Below, in pieces: positions 39,015 to 48,946 of a DNA stretch of 64,000 nucleotides. Where the stretch lies: positions 7,894 through 71,893 of IMG/VR virus record IMGVR_UViG_3300032223_003183, one strand, 5' to 3'. The stretch's first letter is position 1. Every line of letters begins with the position of its first letter. Under the pieces are notes generated by a model. The model was not told the DNA's origin. It made no database searches and saw nothing but the letters and a program-made list of their open reading frames with translations. Origin of the DNA: a virus. The position numbers were made by a program, and so were the translations under genes.

Positions 39015-39890
39015 ATGCAAACTAAACCACGTCCTTTAAATACTAGAGAGTTTTTAACAACTCTTTCAGAGCCCTACCAAGAACCGGAGAAGGTTATACA
39101 ACCTTATGATAATCCTAACTCTAAGGCTTCATTAGATGCGCAACCTGGTCAACCCGAATTTAATAGAGCATCTCAAATTTCTTTAAAAGATGATAATCAT
39201 GCTACTATTAATTTAGGATTACAAGAGCATGATGATGCCGTATTATATTACTTAGAAAATGTAATTAGACCTACCGTAACTCACAACGAAAGACAAATAC
39301 CTGTTCCAATTATATATGGTTCGCCGGAAAGGTGGAAGTCGATTCAATACGACGGGTTTTATCGTGATAAAAACGGTAAAACAATGGCTCCACTAATTAT
39401 GTTTAAAAGAGAATCATTTGAAAAAAATAGAACTTTAGGTAATAAATTAGATGGTAATGTAGTTCATAATGTTCAATATTTTGAAAAAAATTATTCACAA
39501 AGAAACGTTTATGACAATTTTGGAGTTTTAAACAATCAAAAACCCCAAAAAGAATATATGTTAGGAGTCATACCTGACTATATTAATATAACATATAAAT
39601 TAGCTATTTTTACTGATTACGTTGAACAAATGAATCAAATCATAGAAGGATTAGAATTTTCTTCAGATTCATATTGGGGTGATCCAGAAAAATTTGTATT
39701 TAGAGCTATTATAACTTCATTTCCTACTCCAGTAACATTAGAAAATGCTGTTGATAGAGTAAGTAAAAGTGAAGTTAGTATAACCCTTCAAGGTTATATT
39801 ATACCTCGTAATATAAATGTTGCAATGGCCGGACCAAATCCAAAATCATACAATGTAACCAAAACAACATTTACAGAAAAAGTACAATAA
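39015..39890 (+). CDS. Tail terminator/sheath stabilizer (T4 gp15-like)
   Basis: VPIIYGSPERW; PDYINITY; QMNQIIE; ITLQGYI. Confidence 0.7.
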   Translation: MQTKPRPLNTREFLTTLSEPYQEPEKVIQPYDNPNSKASLDAQPGQPEFNRASQISLKDDNHATINLGLQEHDDAVLYYLENVIRPTVTHNERQIPVPIIYGSPERWKSIQYDGFYRDKNGKTMAPLIMFKRESFEKNRTLGNKLDGNVVHNVQYFEKNYSQRNVYDNFGVLNNQKPQKEYMLGVIPDYINITYKLAIFTDYVEQMNQIIEGLEFSSDSYWGDPEKFVFRAIITSFPTPVTLENAVDRVSKSEVSITLQGYIIPRNINVAMAGPNPKSYNVTKTTFTEKVQ

Positions 39891-39894
39891 ATAA

Positions 39895-40320
39895 ATGGCT
39901 ACATTAGTAATTCTTAAAAATAGTAAAGTAGCTGGTGATTCACCAGCTCAATTAGCTCCCGGAGAGTTAGCTATTAATATAGCTGATGGGAAACTTTACT
40001 ATGGAGATGCTAACAATACAGTACATTTATTAAGTTCAGGAGGTGGAGGTGGTGTAACACAAATAATAGCAGGATCTAATATTTCTATTTCTCCTACTAA
40101 TGGAACAGGTAGTGTTACTATTAATGCTATAGCTACTAGTACAACTCCAGGTGGTTCTACTCAACAGATTCAATATAATAATGGAGGATCTTTTGGTGGG
40201 GTACCTAATTTAATTTGGAATGGATCAACTTTAAGTGCAACTGGTTCATTTTCTGGTAGTTTAATAGGCTCAGCATCATATGCTACAACTGCTAGTTATA
40301 TAAATGGTGGAACTTTTTAA
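39895..40320 (+). CDS. Short tail-fibre/adaptor protein
   Basis: N-terminal P..L..GELAINIADGKLYY fibre domain; PGGSTQQIQYNNGGSFGG; ends INGGTF. Confidence 0.6.
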   Translation: MATLVILKNSKVAGDSPAQLAPGELAINIADGKLYYGDANNTVHLLSSGGGGGVTQIIAGSNISISPTNGTGSVTINAIATSTTPGGSTQQIQYNNGGSFGGVPNLIWNGSTLSATGSFSGSLIGSASYATTASYINGGTF

Positions 40321-40326
40321 AAGAAA

Positions 40327-40356
40327 TTTGGTTTCCTGAAAGGGATTTATTATATT
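40327..40356 (+). promoter_or_regulatory. Putative host-type promoter TTTGG-N19-TATATT
   Basis: Same geometry as at 22039. Confidence 0.4.
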
Positions 40357-40382
40357 AGGATACTATTATATAGTTTAAAATA

Positions 40383-40712
40383 ATGATTAGAACTCCTTTT
40401 AATTGGGATAATGCAAATTTTGCTTGGAATGCTAACCCATTTGGTGTATTGCAAAGTTCAAATCCATTCACTTGGGATGATGTAGCATTACTTCAAGAGT
40501 TAGCTGGAATGATCCAAGGAGGTGCTGGTGAAGAAGAAATTAACCACCACCTTAAAAAAGAAAAAAAGAAAAAGCAGTTCGTAACTCTTTGGTGTGAAGT
40601 GCAAGGTATTGAAACAAAAAGTACAAAAGAAATAAAAGACTTTAAAGTTAAAATTTCTGATGTAGAAATGGTAATTAAAGAAGTATTTAATTCAATTAAA
40701 ATAGAACTATAA
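40383..40712 (+). CDS. Hypothetical protein
   Basis: 109 aa ORF with a Trp/Asn-rich N-terminus; coupled to the next gene. Confidence 0.55.
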   Translation: MIRTPFNWDNANFAWNANPFGVLQSSNPFTWDDVALLQELAGMIQGGAGEEEINHHLKKEKKKKQFVTLWCEVQGIETKSTKEIKDFKVKISDVEMVIKEVFNSIKIEL

Positions 40713-41284
40713 TGTATAAATTATTCACTGACAAAACTGAACTTTTCGAGTGTAATGTCAAACTAGAAGGAGCTTCCTTAAAAAGTAGTGTAGCTAGAAT
40801 AATAATAGAATCAGATGATGTTAATCTATTATTCAATGGTACAATTGATTCTAATGGAAAATGTACTATTCCTATTAAAAAACTAAAAGGATTACTTGGT
40901 GAAAACACTAAAGGTAATTTAAAATTAGAAGTAATAGCAGACGATACATATTTCGTGCCATGGTCATCGGATTTTTCGGTTGAAGCAGCGCGTAAAGTGA
41001 CAGTAGAAGTGAAATCACAGAATGCTGAATTAATAGTAGAATCGGCGCCTAAAGTGCAGGTTTCTAACGTTAAAAATTCAAATCAAGATATACCATTTTC
41101 TATACAAGAACATGTTGTTAAATTAGTTTCTTTATTATTAAAAGAAAATATCAAATTAGACAATTTAACTTATAAAAAAGACAAATTAAATAATATTGTA
41201 GCAACATATTTACAAGAAAACACAATTAAAGAAACAGAAAAACCCGAATTAATCCAAGGTATTTTAAACAAACTACCAAAATAA
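40712..41284 (+). CDS. Hypothetical protein (N-terminal beta-rich domain)
   Basis: 190 aa ORF; TAATG overlap. Confidence 0.55.
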   Translation: MYKLFTDKTELFECNVKLEGASLKSSVARIIIESDDVNLLFNGTIDSNGKCTIPIKKLKGLLGENTKGNLKLEVIADDTYFVPWSSDFSVEAARKVTVEVKSQNAELIVESAPKVQVSNVKNSNQDIPFSIQEHVVKLVSLLLKENIKLDNLTYKKDKLNNIVATYLQENTIKETEKPELIQGILNKLPK

Positions 41285-41290
41285 TAAGTT

Positions 41291-41545
41291 ATGGCATTCC
41301 CAGATTTAACAGGTCAAAATATAGAAGCCACCTATCAAAGGGTGGTTCAAACTGACGGTACCCATTATTATGATGGTACCGGATCTTTGTTAAACATAGG
41401 AGGAGGAACCATTAATACAGGTTCATTTGCTACAACTGGTTCAAACATTTTTGTAGGTAGTCAAACAATTACTGGTTCCGTAAATGTAACAGGAAGTGTT
41501 ACCGCTACTTATTTAAATGGAATAGTAGACGGAGGAGTATTTTAA
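41291..41545 (+). CDS. Small tail-fibre-associated protein
   Basis: TGS repeats; GGGTINTGS shared with 41573; ends VDGGVF. Confidence 0.55.
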   Translation: MAFPDLTGQNIEATYQRVVQTDGTHYYDGTGSLLNIGGGTINTGSFATTGSNIFVGSQTITGSVNVTGSVTATYLNGIVDGGVF

Positions 41546-41572
41546 AAAAATATATTTATATTAAAATAAGTA

Positions 41573-44500
41573 ATGAGTATAATAATTACAAGAAATAGTA
41601 GCACATCTGGTAGTAAACCATCAACCCTATATCAAGGAGAATTAGCAATTAATGTAACTGATGGTAAATTATATTATGGAAGTGGTTCATCTAATATTGT
41701 AAAAGAATTTTCAGGAAGTGGAGGTGGAACCATTAATACAGGTTCATTACTTACTACTGCATCTTTTAATTCATATACTTCTTCTACTACAAGTACATTT
41801 GCAGGTACTGCATCTTATGCTATAAGTGCTTCTTGGGCACCAACAGCAGTTTCTTCTTCAAATTCATTAACAGCATCTTATGTTAATCCTTTAAACCAAA
41901 CTGTTATCATAACAGGATCTTTAAATATAACAGGTTCTACAACACAAATTGGAACTAACAATTTATTTGGAAATACTACACTTTCAGGTTCAATTATAAT
42001 ATCAGGTTCAACATCACCTGCTACTCCAACGGTAAGAATATATGGAGATTTAGATACAAATGGTGTAATAAGATTTGACCCAGTTACTAGAACTATTGAT
42101 AACTCAATATCTGCTTCATACATATACGCATCAGGATCAACACAGGATTTATATTTTACACAAAACGGACAAGGATACGCCAATACTACTCGTTTAAGAT
42201 GGTTAGAGGGTAATTTATACACCGGATTACTATCAGGAGGAGTTATTTCTTCAACACCTGGTTCTACAACATTCAATGTATCATCAGGTTCAGGTATTAT
42301 AGTATCTTTAAATGCCGCTACTGCTTCTGCAGACCCATACCCAACCATCCAATATGTAAAATGGCCAACCTACACAGGATTACCAATTACAAATTCAGGA
42401 TCAGCTAAAATTACATATTTAAGTATAAATTCAGCAGGTTCGGTAGCACAACAAACAGTTCCAATTGGTAGTACCGATACAACTCAATGGGATACTCAAA
42501 TTGAACTAGGAGTAGTACTCCATTTATCAGGATCTGTATCAACAGGAGTTTATAATGCACCACAAGTTGCATATGGTTCATCACAAAGAGCAGATGATTT
42601 TATTAGAGCATTTGGACCTGTTAAAGTATCAGGCCATACTCTCCAAGCTAGTGGTAGTTCACCAACACTAAGCATTATCAAAGGATCAGGTACAGCTTAT
42701 AATAATGGAGCAAATTATGTAAATAATCCAAACCATCCATCTGTAGTATCTGATCCAGCAGTTAATACATCTAAAATTTATAGATACTATATATCGGGTT
42801 CAACACCGGTTATTGACACAGGAGTTGCAAATGCCGGATACACAGCTATTGATAGTAAAAATTATGTAGACACTACTACAGGAACTCTAACAACTGTAGG
42901 TGCGGGCTATTGGTCAATTCAAAGAGTATTTTGGATTCCAAATTCTCCAACAAATGCATTTATCGTATATTACGGTAATGCTAGATACGGTAATTTAGTA
43001 GATGCTACAAATGCTAAAGATTCTGAACCTTTTATTGAAGCTCCTAATACTGCTCAAAACGCTATATTTTTAGGGTATATTATTATTCAAGGTGGTGGTT
43101 CTGGAACACCTGCTCGTGATTTACTAAATGCTAATGAGGCAACCATAATACAAGGTGGATTATTCAGAAACGTAGGAGGTATAGGATCATCAGGAACCTC
43201 TCCAATTGCATCCACATTTGCAGGACTTTCAGACGTATCTGTTGCATCAAGAACTAATGGAGATTTACCAATATATAACGGTTCTCAATGGGCTAATGGA
43301 AAAGTATTAACTGGAAACTATTCTGTAAATGGTAATCTTACAGTAACTGGAAGTATAATAGGAACAGCTTCATTAGCAACTACAGCATCCTATACCCAAA
43401 ATGCGCAAAGTGCTTCTTACGTATTAAATGCAATAAGTGCTTCTCAAGCAACATCAAGTTCTTTCGCAAGTACAGCATCTTATGCTCCAAACTATGTTTT
43501 AAATAGCAGTACAAGTTCAATGTTATCCCCATATGTGTTAACGTCTGCTACAAGTTCAATGTCTGTAGCAACCGCTTCATTTGCAGTAACTGCATCTTAC
43601 GTAACAGGGTCAGTATACAATAGTGCAAACCCTGCCTTATCAGCTTCATATGCTTTAACAGCTTCTTATGCAACACAAGCATTAAGTGCTTCATACGCAC
43701 CAACAACTCCTGCTTTCCCTTATACCGGATCAGCTATAATAACAGGTTCATTAGTAGTAACAGGATCAGGAACTTTTAAAGGAGTTTTAAACACCTCAGG
43801 ATTTGATTCAAATGGTAATTTATCTGTAATAGGTACTGACGGTACTTTTGCTGCATCATCAACTTTTACCTTAGGAATAAATGTAGGTAACAATACTCCA
43901 CCATATCTTATTATGTACAAATCAAACGGAGGTTACGTTGCAACATCGATGCCGTTAGGTGTAATACAATTTAAAGGAGTTGCAGGAAGTACACCAGCTG
44001 AAGGAGCTAGAATAACAGCAGTCCCTACAGCAACTTGGGGTTCAACATCCTATCCAACCGCTTTAACATTTAACACAGTTCCTGTAAACACTACCACTCA
44101 GCTAGAAAGAATGAGAGTAGATTCAACAGGATATGTTGGTATTGGAGTAACAGCTCCACTATCAACTTTACACGTAGCAGGTACAACACTTTTATCAGGT
44201 TCTTTCAACACAGCTACTTCAGGTTCAATCCTAAAAGTAGTAGGGTCAGGTTCAACACAACCAATCTTTACAGTACAAGGATCACAAGGAGAATTATTCT
44301 CAGTTACAGATTCATTATCAGGATCTTTATTCTCAGTAAATGATATTTCAGGTTTACCAATACTAGAAGTATTTTCAGATAATACTACTTTAGTAGGAAA
44401 TTATCAAGCACCTGCTTTAATAACAACTGCTAAAAACGTATTAACAAATTCAGGATCATTTACAGTATATTCTATACCAACAGCATCTTATGATGGTGCA

Positions 44501-44722
44501 TTTTTTGACTACACTGCTAAATCAGGTTCAAATGCAAGAGCAGGACAAATCATGGCAATATGGTCTGGTACTTCAGTAAACTATACAGAAACAACAACAA
44601 CTGATTTTGGCACAACATCAGGTTTATCACTTAACGTATCAATCTCAGGTTCAAATATGGTATTAACAGGATCAGCTTCTACAACAGCATGGACTATTAA
44701 AACAATTGTAAGATCAATATAA
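41573..44722 (+). CDS. Long tail fibre protein
   Basis: GELAINVTDGKLYY N-terminus; ASYA and ITGS repeats; ERMRVDSTGYVGIG..P...LHV; C-terminal module shared with 47138; TATTTATA at 41553. Confidence 0.75.
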   Translation: MSIIITRNSSTSGSKPSTLYQGELAINVTDGKLYYGSGSSNIVKEFSGSGGGTINTGSLLTTASFNSYTSSTTSTFAGTASYAISASWAPTAVSSSNSLTASYVNPLNQTVIITGSLNITGSTTQIGTNNLFGNTTLSGSIIISGSTSPATPTVRIYGDLDTNGVIRFDPVTRTIDNSISASYIYASGSTQDLYFTQNGQGYANTTRLRWLEGNLYTGLLSGGVISSTPGSTTFNVSSGSGIIVSLNAATASADPYPTIQYVKWPTYTGLPITNSGSAKITYLSINSAGSVAQQTVPIGSTDTTQWDTQIELGVVLHLSGSVSTGVYNAPQVAYGSSQRADDFIRAFGPVKVSGHTLQASGSSPTLSIIKGSGTAYNNGANYVNNPNHPSVVSDPAVNTSKIYRYYISGSTPVIDTGVANAGYTAIDSKNYVDTTTGTLTTVGAGYWSIQRVFWIPNSPTNAFIVYYGNARYGNLVDATNAKDSEPFIEAPNTAQNAIFLGYIIIQGGGSGTPARDLLNANEATIIQGGLFRNVGGIGSSGTSPIASTFAGLSDVSVASRTNGDLPIYNGSQWANGKVLTGNYSVNGNLTVTGSIIGTASLATTASYTQNAQSASYVLNAISASQATSSSFASTASYAPNYVLNSSTSSMLSPYVLTSATSSMSVATASFAVTASYVTGSVYNSANPALSASYALTASYATQALSASYAPTTPAFPYTGSAIITGSLVVTGSGTFKGVLNTSGFDSNGNLSVIGTDGTFAASSTFTLGINVGNNTPPYLIMYKSNGGYVATSMPLGVIQFKGVAGSTPAEGARITAVPTATWGSTSYPTALTFNTVPVNTTTQLERMRVDSTGYVGIGVTAPLSTLHVAGTTLLSGSFNTATSGSILKVVGSGSTQPIFTVQGSQGELFSVTDSLSGSLFSVNDISGLPILEVFSDNTTLVGNYQAPALITTAKNVLTNSGSFTVYSIPTASYDGAFFDYTAKSGSNARAGQIMAIWSGTSVNYTETTTTDFGTTSGLSLNVSISGSNMVLTGSASTTAWTIKTIVRSI

Positions 44723-44725
44723 GTT

Positions 44726-45436
44726 ATGGCATTTAATTATTCTCCTAAAGTAGTAACTAATGGGTTAGTTCTGTATCTTGATGCAGCTAATACAAAATCA
44801 TATGTGAGTGGTTCAACTACTTGGAGTGATATTTCTAGAAGTGGAACTAATGGGACATTAACAAATGGACCTACTTTTAATTCTGGAAATGGAGGAAGTA
44901 TTGTATTTGATGGAGTAGATGATAATGTTGTTTTAGGTAATGTTTTAAATATTGGGTTAAATAGTTGGACACTTTCATGTTGGGTTAAACTAAACACAGG
45001 AAGTGGAACTATGGGGATAGTAGGAAAAACATCCCAAAGAAGTTATGTAGGAAGATATGCCATTTGGATTGAAAGTAATTTAATTAATTCAATTTTCCAA
45101 CCCACTTCTAATTTCACCATAACTACCTCAGTAACTCCCTATGTTGATGGAAGATTTCATAATATTTGCTTAACCATTAATAGAACAGGATTTATGACTT
45201 TGTATGTAGATTCATCATCAGTAGGAACTCCTGTAGATGTAAGTTCAACAAGTGGGGTAAATCTAAATGCTTCAACTGATTACTTTTATGTAGGTGCATA
45301 TGGTAATTCTACAGGACAAACCCCAGCTTTATTTTTAAATGGAAATATAGCACAAACCACAGTATACAACAGAGCACTCACAGCAGCAGAAGTATTACAA
45401 AACTATAACGCAACTAGAACAAGATTCGGATTATAA
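44726..45436 (+). CDS. LamG/concanavalin A-like lectin-domain protein (paralog 1)
   Basis: GLVLYLDAAN..SY..TTWSDIS; FDGVDD; YNRALTAAEVLQNYNA. Confidence 0.8.
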   Translation: MAFNYSPKVVTNGLVLYLDAANTKSYVSGSTTWSDISRSGTNGTLTNGPTFNSGNGGSIVFDGVDDNVVLGNVLNIGLNSWTLSCWVKLNTGSGTMGIVGKTSQRSYVGRYAIWIESNLINSIFQPTSNFTITTSVTPYVDGRFHNICLTINRTGFMTLYVDSSSVGTPVDVSSTSGVNLNASTDYFYVGAYGNSTGQTPALFLNGNIAQTTVYNRALTAAEVLQNYNATRTRFGL

Positions 45437-46134
45437 TGGCAGGAAGAGTAGCATATTACGGAAATATAGTTAAAGATGGACTTGTATTAGATTTAGATGC
45501 AGCTAAAAGAGATTCATACCCTACTACAGGAACAGTATGGAGTGATATTTCTGGGAATAATTACACAGGTTCTCTAACAAATGGACCTACCTTTAGTTCT
45601 ACAAATTATGGTAGTATTGTATTTGATGGTACAAACGATTATACTGATTGTGGTAATATTTTAAACTTAGCATTTAACAATGCTACAATCACTGCTTGGA
45701 TAAAAACCACAGCAAACCAGGACTACGCAGCAATAGCAGGAAAACCTTGGTTTGGGAGTAAAGCAGGCAGGTACAGTATACACACCAGAACAGGAGGAGC
45801 TTTAGGTATAATAATTCAAGGCTCAGGAAATGTTGAAGCAACTTCAACTACAGGATTAATAAATACAGGAAACTGGGTGCATGTTACAGGAGTAATAAAT
45901 AGAAGTGCCGGAGTTACTATATACGTTAATAGTAGTCAAGTAGCAACTACTGCTGGAGATACAAGTGCTACTAACTTTTTAACAACTGATAGTTTTACTG
46001 TAGGGTATTACAGTAATAATGGAAGTGGATATTTTAATGGAAACATAGCACAAGCCCAAGTATACAACAGAGCATTATCAGCAGCAGAAATACTACAAAA
46101 CTATAACGCAACAAAAGGAAGATATGGATTATAA
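45436..46134 (+). CDS. LamG/concanavalin A-like lectin-domain protein (paralog 2)
   Basis: GLVLDLDAA; FDGTNDY; WVHVTGV; YNRALSAAEILQNYNA. Confidence 0.8.
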   Translation: MAGRVAYYGNIVKDGLVLDLDAAKRDSYPTTGTVWSDISGNNYTGSLTNGPTFSSTNYGSIVFDGTNDYTDCGNILNLAFNNATITAWIKTTANQDYAAIAGKPWFGSKAGRYSIHTRTGGALGIIIQGSGNVEATSTTGLINTGNWVHVTGVINRSAGVTIYVNSSQVATTAGDTSATNFLTTDSFTVGYYSNNGSGYFNGNIAQAQVYNRALSAAEILQNYNATKGRYGL

Positions 46135-46375
46135 TAACAGACAATTTATGATATTCAGTACAACTGAATTATCTCAAATCGATTTCACTCAAGTATGTGA
46201 AACATCACAAGATACAGTAAGAAAATCTGTAGACGAATCTAAAACATTTGTTAAATGGGATGGAGAACAAATTCCTACTTGTGTAGAAAATTTAACAACA
46301 AAAGAAGGACCATACACCTATGAAGAAATATTAGATATTCTTTCAACAGAAGAATGGACTTTACCAATACAATAA
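46124..46375 (+). CDS. Small acidic hypothetical protein (fibre-associated)
   Basis: 83 aa ORF between the LamG paralogs. Confidence 0.6.
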   Translation: MDYNNRQFMIFSTTELSQIDFTQVCETSQDTVRKSVDESKTFVKWDGEQIPTCVENLTTKEGPYTYEEILDILSTEEWTLPIQ

Positions 46376-46376
46376 T

Positions 46377-47081
46377 ATGAGTACAGTAGGAGGAGGAGTA
46401 AATATTGTTAGAAATGGATTAGTTCTGTATTTAGATGCTTCCAATACAAAATCCTATGTAAGTGGTTCAACTACTTGGAATGATATTTCTATAGGAGGTA
46501 ATAACGGAACATTAACCAATGGACCTGGATATGATTCTGCAAATGGAGGTAGTATTGTATTTGATGGTGTAAATGATTATGCAAATTGTGGAACCTCAAC
46601 ATCACTAAATCCTAGTAACATTACATTTTCTGCTTGGGTAAAAAGGACAGCTGCTTGGGGTAGTGGTGCTTGTTTATTTTGGGCAAAAAATGCTGCTGAT
46701 TATACATCAAATGGATTTTATATTGAACTTTATACTAATGTAACATTTTCAACAAACGTTATTACAAATGGGGCTGCAACCAATTATTTTAAAGATTCTG
46801 TAAATTCAAATACTAGTTTTCCTTTAAACACTTGGACACATTTTTCATTTACCTTAAACGGAAGCACACCTGCTATGTACTTTAATGGAAATCCATCATC
46901 ATTAACTATTTTAGGAACTAATGCAATAACATCAACATCTGCAACAAAGTATATTTTATGGAACTCTTATACATACTATACTGCTGCTAATATAGCACAA
47001 GTTACAATGTACAACAGAGCACTATCAGCAGCAGAAGTCTTACAAAACTACAACGCAACCAAAACCCGTTTTGGTTTATAA
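46377..47081 (+). CDS. LamG/concanavalin A-like lectin-domain protein (paralog 3)
   Basis: GLVLYLDASN; FDGVNDY; WTHFSF; YNRALSAAEVLQNYNA. Confidence 0.8.
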   Translation: MSTVGGGVNIVRNGLVLYLDASNTKSYVSGSTTWNDISIGGNNGTLTNGPGYDSANGGSIVFDGVNDYANCGTSTSLNPSNITFSAWVKRTAAWGSGACLFWAKNAADYTSNGFYIELYTNVTFSTNVITNGAATNYFKDSVNSNTSFPLNTWTHFSFTLNGSTPAMYFNGNPSSLTILGTNAITSTSATKYILWNSYTYYTAANIAQVTMYNRALSAAEVLQNYNATKTRFGL

Positions 47082-47137
47082 AGAAACAAATCATATATTT
47101 ATAATAGTATAACCTGGAAAGTGAAAGGTAAAATATT

Positions 47138-48928
47138 ATGGCAAACGAATTTAGAATAAAGAATGGTCTTATTGTAGACCAGGGTACTTCCCAAATCTCA
47201 GGATCATTAAATATAAGCGGATCCACTAACCTCTCAGGATCACTATATGTAAATACCCCAAACCAAACAATGGGGCAATTTGTTGGTAACCAAAATGGAT
47301 ATGTAGAGTTTTCGGTTAGAAATACAAACACAGGAATATCAGCATCAGGAGATATAGCAGTATATGCAGACAACGGAACCGCTCTGAATAACTATATTGA
47401 TATGGGTATCAATAACAGTGGAATGTCTCCTACATACTATTATGGTGGTACAGATTTTGGTGATGCTTTAGATGCTTATTTATATAATGTAGGAGGAAAT
47501 TTAAGAATTGGTAATGCAACTTCTCAAGCACCTTACTCACAATCTTTATACCTATTTTCAAACCCAACAGCTACCCCAAACATTTGGATTACTGGTTCAC
47601 AAGTAGCAATAGGTAAATCATCAGGTTCAATTAATGGAACTTTTGATGTAAATGGAAATACTATTATAACAGGATCATTAAATGTATCAAATGGTATAAC
47701 AGGTTCACATTTTGGAACTTCATCTTATTCTACACAAGCATTGAGTGCTTCATGGGCACCTTACCAAACATCAGCTTCGTACGCATCTACAGCATCATAT
47801 GCCCCAAGCTATGTCTTGAATAGTAGTACAAGTTCGATGCTATCACCATATGTACTTACTTCAAGTACAGGTTCGATGACTGTATTAAGCTCCTCATTTG
47901 CTATAAGCTCTTCAAGATCAATATCAAGTTCTTACGCTTTATCAGCATCCTATGCTCCATCTTCACCAGCTTTTCCTTACACAGGTTCAGCACAAATAAC
48001 AGGTTCATTAGGAGTAACAGGATCATTAACAGTATCAGGTTCAATTTTTTCAACAGCAGATGCTACAATAAGTAATATGACTGTTGGTAGAGGAGCAGCA
48101 AATATTACAAGTAATACTGTAGTAGGAAATAACTCATTAACAAATAATACAACAGGTTATTCTAACGTAGCAGTAGGACTTAATGCGTTAACAAAAAATA
48201 CAACAGGTTATTCTAACGTAGCAGTAGGACCTTCTACTTTATCTCAAAATACAATAGGTAATTTTAACACAGCATTAGGAGATTCAGCTTTAGCAAATAG
48301 TGTAGGAGGAGATAATAATATAGCAATTGGGTACTTTCCTTTAGTAAATACTGTAGGAGGATCATGTAATATAGCAATAGGATTCAATGCAGGAGCAGGT
48401 ATCATAGATAATAACTTCAACACACTTATAGGGTATAATACAGGGCTGTACATTACTACAGGAGAAAGTAACATACTAATAGGAGATGAAAACAGATACT
48501 CACCAGACGGTACTGCATTTAATGGCTCACGTACTCTAAGTATATCTAAAGCAGATAATGATTATGGATTAGGACTACCACATATATGGGCACCAACTAA
48601 TAGCAGTGCTGGTATCGGAGCTAATCAATCAATAATTTCAGTACAGGTAATTTCATATAGTTCAATGTTTGTAGAATATACCATTGAAGATGAAAATGGA
48701 AGTTTAAGAGCAGGGTATATAAAAAGTATTTGGAACTCAGATGGTTCTAGTATAAAATGGACAGAAGATACAACCGACAGTATTGGTAATACCTCAAATT
48801 ACATCTTTGACATGTATTACGACTCGGGCAATGAAGTAATTACCTTAAGATTAACAAATAACAGTGGAGATTACCGTGTATATATTAATGTAACATCAAG
48901 ATTATTAGGTAGACCTTATCACCCTTAA
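47138..48928 (+). CDS. Tail fibre protein with beta-helix/roll repeats
   Basis: ASYA repeats; NTTGYSNVAVG-type 17-aa repeats; C-terminal module homologous to 41573; TATTTATA at 47096. Confidence 0.7.
   Translation: MANEFRIKNGLIVDQGTSQISGSLNISGSTNLSGSLYVNTPNQTMGQFVGNQNGYVEFSVRNTNTGISASGDIAVYADNGTALNNYIDMGINNSGMSPTYYYGGTDFGDALDAYLYNVGGNLRIGNATSQAPYSQSLYLFSNPTATPNIWITGSQVAIGKSSGSINGTFDVNGNTIITGSLNVSNGITGSHFGTSSYSTQALSASWAPYQTSASYASTASYAPSYVLNSSTSSMLSPYVLTSSTGSMTVLSSSFAISSSRSISSSYALSASYAPSSPAFPYTGSAQITGSLGVTGSLTVSGSIFSTADATISNMTVGRGAANITSNTVVGNNSLTNNTTGYSNVAVGLNALTKNTTGYSNVAVGPSTLSQNTIGNFNTALGDSALANSVGGDNNIAIGYFPLVNTVGGSCNIAIGFNAGAGIIDNNFNTLIGYNTGLYITTGESNILIGDENRYSPDGTAFNGSRTLSISKADNDYGLGLPHIWAPTNSSAGIGANQSIISVQVISYSSMFVEYTIEDENGSLRAGYIKSIWNSDGSSIKWTEDTTDSIGNTSNYIFDMYYDSGNEVITLRLTNNSGDYRVYINVTSRLLGRPYHP
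48137..48230 (+). repeat. 43-bp near-identical direct repeat (51-bp period)
   Basis: ttaacaaa(t/a)aatacaacaggttattctaacgtagcagtaggac x2. Confidence 0.85.
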
Positions 48929-48946
48929 CAGTTAAAAATATAAAAT

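Noticed and set aside
44726-47081. Diversity-generating retroelement TR/VR pair among the LamG repeats
   Set aside because: No reverse transcriptase in the window; differences are not confined to adenines; all copies are coding.
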